Assembly: GCA_004431415.1 (NCBI GenBank)
Contig: QPMI01000129.1
Location: 248,001 to 312,000, forward strand
Length of the DNA: 64,000 nt
Source: Cyanophora paradoxa CCMP329
Taxonomy: Eukaryota > Plantae > Glaucophyta
Direction of reading: 5' to 3'
Position 1 is the stretch's first letter, and the number at the start of each line of letters is the position of its first letter. Both the position numbers and the translations under genes were made by a program. Below are positions 25,184 through 37,716 of the stretch, piece after piece. Below the pieces are notes generated by a model. The model did not search any database, had not been told where the DNA came from, and worked only from the letters and a program-made list of their open reading frames with translations.

Positions 25184-26140
25184 TCAGCAGCAGGCGGAGC
25201 GCTTGGGCGCCTGTTGGCTGGCCTGCTGCCCGACGGGCAGGCCGGTGTTCCGAACGGGCTCCACCGTCCGCGGCAGCTTCCGCGCTGTGCGTCCGCGGCG
25301 CGGGGGGCGCGAGTGAGCGGGCGAGCGAGCGAGCGGCACGGGGGCGGGGCCTCGAGCTGCGGGCGCCGGCGGGCACCGATCTCCTCGAAGATCTCCTTCA
25401 CGTTGAAGGCCGTCTTCGCGGACGTCTCCTTGAAGAAGATCCCGCTCTCGTCCGCGTACGTCTGCGCCTCCTGCCGCCGCGGCGCTCGGCGGGGCCCGGC
25501 CGGCAGGCGCGCTGCGGCGGAGGCGGCAGCGCTCACCTCGGGGGAGACCTTCCGCTTGGCCGTGAGGTCGACCTTGTTGCCGGCGAGGGCGATGATGCAG
25601 TTGGGCGACCCTTGCCGCTGCAGCTCCTTGACCCAGTTCTTCGCGCGCTCGAAGGAGTCCTGCGCGGCCGGCCTCGAAATGAGCGCCTCAAAGGGGCTGC
25701 GCCGCGCGGCGGCCCGCGCACGGGGTTCGTCACGTCGTAGACCACTATCGCAGCGGCCGCTCCTCGGTAGTACATCGGCGCCAAGCTGTGGTAGCGTGCG
25801 GCGCGGCGGTCAAGGAGGCTCGCATGCGCACAGAGAGGCTCGAGAGCTCCGCGGCGGGCGGCGGGGCACGCCGCGCGCCGGGCCGGCGTGTGAGCCAGCG
25901 GTCAAGGATATGTTCCTGGCCAGCGGTGTCCCAGATCTCAAACTTGATGGTTACCCCGTCACCGAGCGGCACTGTCTGCGTGAGGAATGCCGCGCCGATG
26001 GTGGACTCCTGGTATTCGAAGAACTGGCCGCGCACGAAGCGCAGCACCAGGCTAGACTTGCCAACCGCGCTATCTCCGAGCAGAACGAGCTTCACTGGTA
26101 TGATCCGACCGCTTGGCGCGGCCGCCGACGAGCTCGCCAT
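25184..26140 (-). CDS. RAB5: Rab5 GTPase
   Basis: [25 protein letters not shown]|[24 protein letters not shown]-terminal CC prenylation motif. Confidence 0.96.
25796..25911 (-). other. U12-type (minor spliceosome) AT-AC intron in Rab5
   Basis: Minus strand: donor ATATCCTT, branch TCCTTGAC, acceptor AC. Removal restores GQE-R-YHSL in frame. Confidence 0.93.
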
Positions 26141-26313
26141 GTTCGGCCTCGGGTGCTTGCGAACGAAGTCTGAGGGGTATCGGAGACGCAGGCCAGGCCT
26201 TCACCGCAGAACACGTGCACGTACTGTAGCTCATGCATCAGTGCTAGCGGAAGCACCGTTATTATTGAAATTGCAATCTATAGCTATGATAACAAGATCA
26301 AGGGAACCCGAAT

Positions 26314-28314
26314 TCAAGGGAACGCGAATTCGAAATCTAAGTCGAGGGGGAACTCGAAATGGGGCCCGCCGGCGCCGGCGCCGCCGACCTGGCCTCCCCG
26401 GTCGTCGCGCTCCTGCCGCGGGGATCCGACGCTCCAGTCGAGCCCGCGGGGCCGCGGGGAGGACGGGAGCGGCAGGAGCCCGACGGAAAGGCGGCCGCGC
26501 CAGCCGGCGAGGGCCGCCTCCGCCTCCTCCCGCATGGCGCCGCCCGGGACGAGCAGGTCGATGCGGGAGGCGGCCCAGCGCGCGCAGGCCGGCCGAAGCA
26601 GCGCGTAGGCCGCCAGGTCGGCGGGGCGGCGGGCCGTGTGCAGGAGGGAGAGCTCGCGGAGGCGCGGGGCGGCGGCGAGCGCGTGAGCCTCGTCGGCGGT
26701 GAGGGGCCCCGGGTAGCGCGCGGCGAGGCTCCAGGAGGCGAGGCAGGGGCGGGCGGCGCGGAGGAGAAGGAGGGCCGCCGGGCGGTGCGGGGGCAGCCCC
26801 TCGAAGGCCAGCTCCAGGGCGCCGAGGGCGGGCAGCGCCGGCACGGCCCCCGCCAGCGCCTCCAGCGCCTCCCGCCCGTTCCCCGAGGCGCCCCCGAGGG
26901 ACAGGGAAATCGTGAGCCGCTCCAGGCGGGCGCAGGGCCGCAGGGCCGGGGCGAGGGCGGCGGCGCAGGGGCTCTGGAGGGCGGCGCGGAGGGCGCGGAG
27001 GCGGGGCCCGGCGGCGCGGGCGAGCTGGGCGAGGGAGGGCCCGCAGCGGGCGGGGCCCTCGACGGAGAGGCGGACGTCGCGGAGGGGGGCGGGGGCGGCG
27101 GGGAGGGCGCGGGCGAGGGCGGCGAGGGCGGCGGGGCCCGAGGGCTGCTCCAGGCAGAGGGCGAGGGAGAGGGCGCGCAGGGCCGGGAGGGCCGGGAGGA
27201 GGCCCGCCAGCTCCTCCCCCTCGCACTCCTCCGGCAGAACCTGCGGCGTACGCGAGTGAGGGTGGGACGGGAGGGGCGAAGCGGAGGGGGGATGGGGCCG
27301 GGGGGTACCGCGATCTCGAGCTCCTCGAGGGCGGGTAGGCGGGCGAGGGCGCGGATGGCGGGGCCGCCGAGCTCGAGGCCGCTTCCGAATCTCGAGGCGC
27401 CCTCCACGGCCGCCCCGATGGACAGGAGGCAGAGGGCGGGGCAGGCGGCGGCGAGGCGCTCGAGGGCGGGCGCGAGCTGCGGCCGCTCCTGGGCGAGGCC
27501 GGGGCACGGGAGGACGCGCAGCTCGTGCAGCTCGCGGAGCGCGAGGGCGGCAAGGGCCGCCGGGCTCTCTGGGGCGGCGGAGAGGGCGGAGAGGTAAGGG
27601 AGGCCGCGAGAGAGGGCCAGGGCGGCGGGGGCGGGGAGGGGCCCCCGGGGCAGGCGGAGCGAGGCCAGGACGAGCGAGGCGAGGAGGCGGGGGGTACACT
27701 CGTCGATGGCCGGCTCCGGGATGTCGACCTCGAAGTGGAGGGGCCGGGGTTCGAGCCCGCGCTTGAGCACGCGCCGCTGCCCCGCGGCCGCGAGGCGCAC
27801 GACGGTCTGCACGAAGCCGGGCGCGTCGGCGTCGCGCGGCGGCCCGCGCGCCCCCGGCGGGCCCGCCTCCAGCTCGTTCGCGTGCTCGGCGGGGACGATG
27901 GCCAGCCGCTCGAGCTGGGGCCGGCGGCACAGGGCCGCCAGCAGGTCGACGTTCGCCGTCCCCATCGTGAGCTGCAGGCCCGCGGGGGTGCCCCCGTACG
28001 CCACGCGTACAGCCAGCGCGCCGCCGAGGGCACCCCCGTTGAGGGCGCGGCACAGGGCCGCGATCCGGCCCCGGTCGCGGTCGTTGTCCCCTATCGGCAC
28101 GCAGACCTCGTCCCACTCGGCCCCGCGAAGCACGTCGCGAAACAGACGCGAAACCTGCGCATGGCTAGCGCTCATGGGGAGGCTCTGGTGCAGGTCTCAA
28201 GAGGCTGACCTGCCAGAGGCGAGAGGCGGCGACCTGAACGAGGCCCAGGCGGGCGAAGATCTGCCGCTTGATCACGTCCTCGTCCAGCTCGTTGAAGATG
28301 TTGAGCTGAGCCAT
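26314..28314 (-). CDS. F-box/LRR-like protein (spliced)
   Basis: FNELDEDVIKRQIFARL...WQ|VSRLFR...W F-box-like start. Repeated LxxLxL motifs (LPALEELEI, LERLTISL). Confidence 0.7.
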
Positions 28315-28829
28315 CCGGGCGTCGTGCCCAGGCCGGAGATCGACTGGCGCTGGGATCGAGCGAATACGCCTGGCATGCACAGCCTGACCCTAACAGCGAC
28401 AGGTGTCGTACGCAACTTGGGTTGGTTGCGCTGCGGACGCTGGTGGGCCTATCCGCTGTTGGTCTATCAGCGCTAGCGCCACAGGAGTGCTCTCCTGCGC
28501 AGGGCGCTGATCGGAGAGTCAGCTGACTGGCCGGCTGGTGCTGGGCCTGGTAGCCTGTACCCCGATCAACCACTGACACCTCAAACCTTTGCAGATACGC
28601 AGCGATCCGAGAGCGCCAAAAGCTCTATTCACAGGGCGATATTGTCTTGGAACTGCTCGGCAGCGACCCGACCAAGTGACGGCCGCCGTGACGCGTAATC
28701 GGTGAGCCAGCCGAGCCACAACTCCGCCCCCAGCCGCCCCTCGCAGACGGTAGAGGCGAGGATCGCTGCGACGAGTTTGCAGACAGCACCAGCCGATCGC
28801 AGCCGGATGCAGTTCTAACAGCCGACCAG

Positions 28830-31681
28830 ATGCTCGTCAGGAACGAGTCAGAGGCCAGCAGCACAGAGCAGTCCAGTGGCCTAGACCAGCTCTGCTCTTC
28901 ATTTCAGCGGTCTTCGATCGACGATATCATGACGACCGCCCACGGTGACGCCCGCGACGTGCTCGAAAGCCTTCGGGCGCCAACACTGTGGAGCGGAGTG
29001 TGTAGGGTAGGCGAGGGTGGATCGTCTAGCCGAGGAGAACATGTGCGTCTTGCCATGCACGTACGCGTGCCTGCCGCACCCTCCGGCTCACACTTCCTTC
29101 CGATCGCACAAAATCAGGATGAGAATCAGCCAGCCGGTGGAGCGTCGGGCTCCGGAAACAGTGGATCGGGAGCATCCAGCAGTGGCCGACCAGAAGCTGC
29201 CGGTCCTAGTGGGCTGAGCAGGCCATCCGACACAAAAGACGGCCTCAACAACGCTGCCCCCGGTAAGAACCGCCCTGGCCGACTCAGCAACAGCTATAGT
29301 GCAAAAGCTAACCTTATAACTTCCGCCAAGGGCATTAGAAGCGACTCGCACGCGCCGGTTGCGCGTCTAATGAACCGACCACAGGAACGAGCAAGGACGG
29401 CGCGGCTCAGCAGACCTTCAGGGATGCCAAGACCGGGATCCTCAGGAAGCTCAGCGTTAACTTAATAGATACGTATCAGTTGATCAATCAGGTCCGATAT
29501 GGCAATCGGCTCAGCTAAGTTGCGGCGCCGAGACTGATTCCCTCGGGCAGGTATACTATGCAAACAAGAAGAAGCGACAGCTTGCACAAGCGGAGAACAA
29601 GCAGCAGGTCAAGCAGCAGTCGAATAAGAAGCACAAGAACGAAGTGCTAGAGAATCACAACTGCACCGACGAAGAGGGTTCGCGCGCCCCCCCCCGACCC
29701 GTGGCGCGCAACCGCTGATCGTGCCCTGCAGGCTTCTATGTGGAGCAGATCGGAGAGACAATAGCCGATCGCTACGCTATCGAAAGCCTTCTTGGCCAGG
29801 GCTCTTTTGGCAAGGTCTGGAGGGCCGCCCGCACGCGCGCTCGATTCCTTCTAACCCCCGCGCCAGGTCTTTAAAGCGCAAGATTCTGTGGGCAACGAGC
29901 ATGTCGCGCTCAAGGCGAGCCGCCGTCCCGTTTTGCTGGCCTTCCCTCCTGACTTCCATGTCCCCACAGATTATCCGGGCGTCGCGGCACTTCTACGTGG
30001 CGGCCCAGCAGGAGATCAAAATCCTGAAGCTTATCAATGAGCACGACAAGCACGACCAGTACCACTGCGGTTCGGCCCCCGCGTCCCACCCGCTCCACCC
30101 ATTCGATCTCCGTCCGAACGCCGCCGCGCCGGCAGTGCGGATGCGGGAGCACTTTATGTGGAGGGGGCACCAGTGCATTGTGTTCGAGCTGCTCTCGTAC
30201 AGGTCGGCCGCCCCCGGCGCTCCCCGCACGCCCCCTTCCTGAGCCTTCCCCCTGCACCCGCGCAGCCTGTACGACCTGCTGCGGCACACGAAGTTCAAGG
30301 GCGTGTCCCTGAACCTCGTGCGCACCTTCACCCGCCAGGTCCGCATCTCCGCCGCTCGCCCTGCGCCGCGCCGCCCCGCGCGACCCGGCCCGCCCGCAGA
30401 TCCTCATCAACATGGCGTACCTGGGGCTCAAGGAGATTACCATCATGCACTGCGGTCCGCCGCCCCGGCCCGTCCCTCCCTCCCCCGCTCCTCCGACGCG
30501 CCCGCTCTCCGCAGACCTGAAGCCGGAGAACGTGCTGCTGATGCACCCGCGGAAGAGCGCGGTCAAGGTCGTCGACTTCGGGAGCGCGTGCCCGGAGAAC
30601 GAGCAGGTGTACAAGTACATCCAGTCGCGCTTCTACCGGGCGCCCGAGGTGATCCTGGGCTACCCGGCGTACACGCGGGCGATCGACATGTGGAGCCTCG
30701 GCTGCATCATGGTCGAGATGCACACGGGGGAGCCGATCTTCGACGGGCAGGACGAGTTCGAGCAGGTGCACAAGATCTCGGAGGTGCTCGGCAAGCCGCC
30801 TCGCCACATGATCACCGCGACGAGCAAGGCCAAGGAGTTCTTCTACACGGACGACCACGGCCTCACCTGGAACCTCAAGCCCGAGAAGAAGCACTCGCGG
30901 ACGCCGGGCGGGCGCCCACTCGGCACGGTGATCGGGACGATGACGAACGGGCCGCGGGGGAGCCGGAAGGGCCAGCCGGGCCACACCTTCTTCGACTACC
31001 TGACCTTCGAGGACCTCGTCAAGCGCATGCTGGCGCGCCCCTCTCCTCCTCCTCCCTTTCCTCCTTCCTTCCTCACTCTCTTGCAGGTGTACGACCCGAC
31101 CAAGCGGATCACCCCGCACCAGGCGCTGCAGCACCCGTTCATCACGGGCCAGCAGGCCCCGGCGCTGGGGAGCCCCGCCTCGACGCCGAACCCGGGGGGC
31201 GTCCCGGAGAAGGACACCAAGTCGCCCATCCCGCAGGACCGCGCCTGCTGCAACCACCACAAAGGCGGCATCCTCCCCGTGCGCGATACAGTACCCCTCC
31301 TTCGCCCGCCCGCCCGCCGGCCCTTCTTCCAGCCGGCCGATGCCCGCGGCTGCCCGACAGGGCGACGGCTCTAAGACGTGCTGCGTGCTGCCCACGGGGA
31401 CAGTCGACGTCGACACCAACTCGGCGCCCACCACCGAGCTCTCCCAGCTCTCCCTCCAGGGTCCGCGCGCGCGCCCCGCTCTCCGCCCCTTCCGCGCCTC
31501 ACCCGCGCGAGCAGCAGGCTACGCGGGGGCGGCATTCGACGACGACGAGACGAACGCTCCTCCTGTTCTCGGCGCCGGTGCGGTTCCTGGCCGCAGCGCC
31601 GGTCGCGGCGAACCCCTATTCACCCTGTTCGGTGAAGGCGTCTCGGGGCCGTCGCAACTCGTGCGGACTGCGGCCGCATGA
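28830..31681 (+). CDS. DYRK1: Dual-specificity tyrosine-regulated kinase, DYRK1 class
   Basis: LRKLSVNLIDTYQLINQ|VYYANKKKR (DYRK1 N-terminal motif), GQGSFGKV, HCDLKPEN, DFGSAC, YKYIQSRFYRAPE. Start uncertain. Confidence 0.93.
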
Positions 31682-32973
31682 GCTGGGTCTCGGCCTCCCT
31701 CTGGATTCGACGCTCGCCACACCCCCCTCCCCGCTGGCCAGGCCCGAGCCCCCCCGCGGACCTATCCCACCCCCGCCTGTAACTATCAAGCTTCGCCACG
31801 GACCTCTCTTCTCTCATTTGTCCTCGCTCCATTTTCAGAATAGCCTCATGCTGTGGGCAGGCGTTCCAATTTTGTGGCCCCGAGTTTTGTTCCACCTCCT
31901 CTCTAAGCCTTCCCCGGCTCACACTCCATCTTATCCCTTCCTACGCAGACGGCGGCCGGCTGTTGGCCGCTCGTTTTCACACTTGTATAGCTCTTCAGCG
32001 CATTTTTCCGTATGCCATGGCCATCGTGTCTCGGCGTAGGGGTTTTCAATTGGTTAGTTTGCAGGACCATTTAGGCCTCGGAGCAGTGCGAGTGCAAACA
32101 ATTGATCTCTGTATCGTATCTTAGTATTCCAGTTGTAACATCTGCATCTTTACTCGCCGCCGCACACCTGCACTGCAGCTGTAGCATGCGCAGCCGGGGT
32201 GCTGGTAGTCTAGATCTAGATCTGCTGCATGGCGGCGGATCCCGGATCCGGACGACGTCTCCAGGGCCGCGTGCCATATCATGGCCCGCGCCGGACGCCG
32301 GCGCCCGGGCCGCCGCTGCCAGCGCCGCATGCATATGCATATGCGCAGTGCAGCCGGCACCGGCCGCGGGCCGCCCGCGCCACCCCGCGCCGCGCGCACC
32401 GCTTCGCATGCAGCGCTAGCCGCGCCGCGCCGCCCCGCCGCGCGGCGCCGCCGGGCCGCGCCGGGCTGGCCACGTGCACAGCCCTGGCCGCGGGCCTGGC
32501 CCGGCGGCGGCCTACGTGGACCGGAGAACGGGTCCGGTCGCGGGCGGCCGCGGGCTACAGCTCGATATCGAGCTTGATCAAGAGTGCGCGCGAGCGCTAG
32601 CGCTAGCGCTGGAGCTTTGTTGAGTGACTGAGGGGTACAGTTCTTCGTGGTGTTCTTGGTCCGCCTGAGCTTCCAGATTCTTCCGGCACCAGGCCAGCGG
32701 ATCAGCAGCGCCGTTCCTTGTAGTTAGGCCCCCAGAGCCGGTCGCCCCCGCGGCCCGGCATTGAATTTCACCCGGAATCTTCAGACGTGGCGATGCTTTA
32801 AGTTCATCCCCAGTTCCACCCGGGCGCCTCCTCCAGCCCTTCTATATCCTCTCCCCGTCCATTTTCTCACGCGGAAGCCCCTCGGCGCATCCCGCGGTGC
32901 GCGCCGAGCATATCCCTGTCTCTCGGGGAACCTCCTTGGCTCACCGGGGGGAGTCGCAGATCTTAACACAAAC

Positions 32974-32994
32974 ATGGCAACGATGAACTACTAA
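32974..32994 (+). promoter_or_regulatory. Short upstream ORF (MATMNY*) ahead of PI4K
   Basis: ATG in acaaacATGG context, stop at 32992-32994, next ATG at 32996. Confidence 0.4.
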
Positions 32995-33086
32995 GATGCC
33001 GCGACGCTGGTTTCCAGCGCCAAAAAACAACCTCAACAACTCACCCATCGCGGGGCGCGCGACCACCTCGTTCGCACCATCCTCCA

Positions 33087-34560
33087 ATGGCCTCGACAAC
33101 CTACCACGCCTGCGACTCGTCCCGGCTTTCGACCTCGCGTCGACCCAGCCGGGACGGGGCGCTCACGGCGCTCCTGAGGTGCGCTCGCCTGTCCCACATC
33201 GCATCCCGTCCCCTCATTCTTTAATGTCTTTCTCAGGTCCCTCGACATTAACAGCACGAAGTCGGCGTGTGGCGCCTCGTCCTCTCGGGAATCCGAGCGC
33301 CACCACCGACCGATCCTCCAGGAGCACAACAACCGGCCATGCCAGCTCCAGCTGCCCAGCGCCACTCGCGGCAACCGTCCACTATCTGCACCCCCCACCG
33401 TCGATCAGCCTCCTGTGGTTTCGCCCAAGGCGTCAAAGGCGGTCGAGCTTGTCAGCCCGTCTGACAACTCGCCCGCCCTGCGCGCGGCGGTGCAAGCGGC
33501 TGCAGAATCCCTCTCGACTGGCAAGAATGCTCCCGAACTCTGCGCCGAAGGTCTCTCGGGCTCCTACTTCCTTCGTGATGTCGCGGGCAAGGTTGTCGGC
33601 GTTTTCAAGGTGAGGGAGTCGCACCTCCTTCGCAACTCTCCTGCGGCACGCATAATGATGTTTTCGAGCGCAGCCCCAGGATGAGGAAGGCGCGAAACCC
33701 GGCACCCAGGTCGAGCACAGTGTTTTCTTCGCTTCCACCTGGCGCAAGGGGATTCCCAAGGGCCAGGGATGCATGCGCGAACGCGCTGCCTACGTTCTCG
33801 ATCATGGCAGCTTCGCTGGTTTGCCTCCCTTTTCGAACGAACGCGATTCCGACTCTGATCCTTCCGCAGGCGTCCCCGCGACCGGCCTCGTGAATTTCCG
33901 CGCCAAGCTGGAGGTCGAAGAAGAGAGCTCGCCGCGATCGTTCAGAGCGCATCGGTCTCCTTGATCTTCGGATGTGCGTTTGTAGCTCGCCAGTGCCTCG
34001 AGCCGCGCTGACCCTCACGCGCGCAGCCTGAACGTGGACCGCCACGCCGGAAACATCCTCTGGAACGCAAAGACGAAGCAGCTCATCCCGATCGACCACG
34101 GCCTGTGCCTGCCCGAGTACCCTCACCTCGACGACATCTGGTTCTGCTGGCTGGGCTGGCCCCAGTCGAAGGAGCCGTTCGGGCCCGAGGAGATCGCGTA
34201 CGCCCAGTCCCTCGACGCCGATCGCGACGTGGAGCTGGCCAGCAAGGAGCTCAACTTTCCGGCGAGCACCCTCCTCACCCTTCGCATCGGCACCATGCTG
34301 ACCAAGAAGGGTGTTGCCGCCGGTGCGAGCCTCGCCCGCCGCTCCGCCCGCTGCTTCCCCTGAGCGCCCCCGCAGGTCTCACTCTGTACGAGCTTGGCCA
34401 GATCGTGTGCTCAACGAACGACGACTCGGAGTCGGAGCTGCAGCGCCTTTGCGCCGCGGCTGAGAAAGCGGGCGGAGAGCCCGGCTCTCCCTTCTTCATG
34501 GAGGCGCTGGAAGCCGAGCTCGACCGCGCCTTCGCAGCCGTCATCGCCTCTCGGAAGTGA
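33087..34560 (+). CDS. Phosphatidylinositol 4-kinase type II (gamma-like); appears frame-broken with an internal deletion
   Basis: EGLSGSYF, VGVFK|PQDEE, RERAAYVLDH, GVPAT, LDLRI|LNVDRHAGN, LIPIDHGLCLP, WLGWPQ. Confidence 0.85.
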
Positions 34561-35560
34561 ACGTTTTGTCAGCTAGGGCAGTGCACGCCGGCCGCACGGC
34601 GCGCCCGGAGCGGTGCTTCGTTCGTCCGTTCGTCTCGTTCTATCCCCTGCTCCTCGGCGCTCGTCCGCCGGCCCGCGTGCACTCGGCATTACTTGTAGGT
34701 TGCACAATCCTCTCGGTTGCGTGCTTGGTTGCCATACTTAACCCCGACCCCCCTTCCCGTCCTCTCCATCATATTTCACTGTAACAACCTCTTGAAAATA
34801 CTTAAGCTGTACGTAGATAGAGTAGGCCATTGCGACGTCGATCTGTCGCAAATGGGGTCATTATTCTAACTTCTGCTCTTCGTCGACCTCCATTTCTGAT
34901 CCTTTCAAAACCTAGGTAGCCCGATCGCACAAAAAATATTCGCTCTCGTTTCTCGGCGCAGGGGCGCCGTCTCGAGTCCTGTATGTCTTCGCGGAATTTT
35001 GGTTGTGTTTGTACAGCATCGGAGTAGCATTTCTATCTTGTCGATTACTGGAGCTAGCACTAGCTATTGTGGTCGGTTCTAAAGCTTGGAACGAACTCTC
35101 CCCACTACCGTTCTTTGTATGAGCGAAACAGTTCGTCGCCATCTTTTTTTCGACCAGGTTAGTCTTGGCAATGAAATCTATCCTCATGTCTCTCGAAAGC
35201 TGTGTGCGAATGAGGTTTTTTGTCAGCTCAGTAACGACAGTGTTGTCTTCTTTCAATTGCAAATTCGATCCGATTATACTGGTCTGGGCTGGGTCTGGGG
35301 CCGGGCCCTGGGGCGGGGGGCTGGGTACCGGTCTGGGGCCGGGCCCTGTGCATGCGGACGGGCCCCGCGGCGGGGCCCCGCCGCGGAGAGCTTCATGATC
35401 AAAGCCTCGCGTATACGTAGCTATAGCTATAGTAGCCGGCGCCTAGCAATTGCCTAGCAAAGCCATATATATATGCATCATCGGATGTGCATATGCATAT
35501 GCATAAGCCTAGCCTAGGCACTGCGGCATCGACAAGCTAGCGCTAGCGCTAGCGCTATAG

Positions 35561-36983
35561 CTAGCTGGCAGCGTCGAGGAAGGAGGGGTCCACGCAGAAC
35601 TGCCGCATGTACTCCCGCTCCAGATCATGCAGGGCGGAGACGGGGCACCCTGCCAGGACCTGCAAGGGCGAGCCCGCCGCGCCCCCGCGATCAGCTAAAG
35701 GCGTGGGGCGGCATCACGGGGCCGCACGAGGGAGTGCAGCGGGGGCCCCAGGTCGGAGGCGGCGAGGTCCTTGAGCGGGGCGCACACGATGCGCTGCTCG
35801 TCCGTCCCCACCCGCGCCATGCCCAGCGCCAGCGTCTCCGGCCCGTACGCTGCAGTGCAGCAGCCGCGCGCGATCAGCGAAGAGGCGCCGGGGAGCGGGG
35901 GAAACGGCGCCAGGCCGCGCCGCGCACCGCCCTGTTTCCTCTTCTCTTCGACCTCGAGCAGCTGCTCTGCCGCCTGCGGACCGGAGCGGGTTATTATCAG
36001 CGATGAGATCCGGGCCAAAGCGGGAGCTCCAGGCACTGATGCACGCGCCTGGGCTACAGTCATGAAGCGAGGCGGCTCGTAGACCTTCTTTCCCCTAGGG
36101 GGCTGCGCCTCAGCACGAGAATGCCGCAAGAGGGGAGAAGGGGCACCTCGCGAGGCTCTCCAGCGACGGCTCCTTGACCTTGATATCTGAACGCGGTGCT
36201 CCGCTCAGCGAGAGGGGTGCGGGGGATTTGCGGGGAGGGCGAACCCAGAAGGCACAGCGTGTGGAGCCCGGCGTTCGTATTGGCGAGGATCTTGTCGTAG
36301 AAGCTGTCGGGCCGCCACGTTTCGGTAAAGAAGACAATGGAAACGGTCTGCCCAAACTTGTACAGCTGCAGGGCGTCCCGGCGGCCGCGAGGCATCACAA
36401 AAACGCCGCAGCCGAGCGCCAGTGAGCGGGCACCTGCAGGCCGCAACAGCCAACGGCGTTCATGATCGAAGCGTTGTGGATCGCTTTAACCGGTATTTTC
36501 AGCTCCTTTGCCCGCAGCACGATGTCGGTGTGGGTCGTCGCGCTGGATCAAATTTGAGGGTCGCGGGGCCGCGCCGGGAGGACGAGAAGGGGAGCGGCGC
36601 GCGTACCCGAACGGGTCGCCAACGACGAGCAGAGCCACGTCCTCCTTGTCCGCGTTCGCGAGGATCTCGTCCGACGACGACTCGATCATCTCGCGGTCAG
36701 CCACGACGACCGATCGGCCGTAGTACTCTTCCTGCGAGCAGAAATGCTTAGCTACGCGCAATGATGCGACGCGCACGGCGCCCGGCGCCGGGGGCGCCTC
36801 CGCGACACGATCGATTCGGTCGAGGGGCAAGCTGCACGGCGCGCGCACCAGCCTCTCCTTGCCTACGGTCAGGATGGATGTATACGCTTCCAAATACACG
36901 CGCGTGCACTTGCGGACCGCCTCCAGGCCCTTGACTGTGATGTCCTTCTCATCGCCCAGTCCGAGCCCGATTAGGTAGAACAT
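35561..36983 (-). CDS. DPH5: Diphthine methyl ester synthase
   Basis: [40 protein letters not shown]|[22 protein letters not shown]|[23 protein letters not shown]. Confidence 0.97.
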
Positions 36984-37716
36984 GGCGCAGCGCGGAAGGC
37001 GGTGGCGGCAAAGATCCTGTGTCTTTGCACGCTCGACGCCTGCGCTGTGGCTGAGGGTGGAAGGCTGGCTGACGCTGGCAGGCTGCCGCTGGGGGGATAC
37101 GTGCAGTCGTGCGATGCAGTTGGCGGGTGACCGGCTCCTTGCCCAGGCGTGGCCGCTGTCCTCTGGACTCGGCTAACCCTAAGGTTGATAGGGCGCCTCT
37201 GGCGCCCTATTCATCGCCTCTGGGCGATCGGGCGATGTCCGGCAGTGTTCTTGAGCCCGTGCAAACCAAAGAGCCTGCCACTGGCGGAGCTCGGTCGTTC
37301 GCGCATCGCCGGAAGCGCTGGCAGGCTGTGGGCGCCGGTTGACTTGCTGCCGCTCGTCGGCCCGCAGTCTTGAAGGGTTCGCCCTGTACCGAGCGTCCGC
37401 GCTGCTGTGCCGATGGCAACGCACGACTGCCCCTCATCGAATTAAAGAAACGCTGCGCTTTCGCAATCGCGCGCTCCGCTGACCGCGCAGCTGCATCGCT
37501 TATCGGGGCTCGAGTGGTGCGACCGCCCCGGCCTACGAACTGCCTGTCTGTCCTGACTTTCGATGTAGATCGTCCTCCGATCGTGCTGGCCTAGGTTGGA
37601 TCAACGTCACGTCGCTGGTCCTCCCTCGAGCTCGTAGCCCGCACAGCAATCCCCGACTCCCGCCCCCACGCCCATCCTTCGTGAATTTGTGATAGTTTCT
37701 TATCAATAGCTACTCG

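Noticed and set aside
32974-33000. In-frame TAA after MATMNY as a sign of stop-codon reassignment
   Set aside because: Read-through does not join the kinase frame, and the conserved genes translate cleanly under the standard code once introns are removed.
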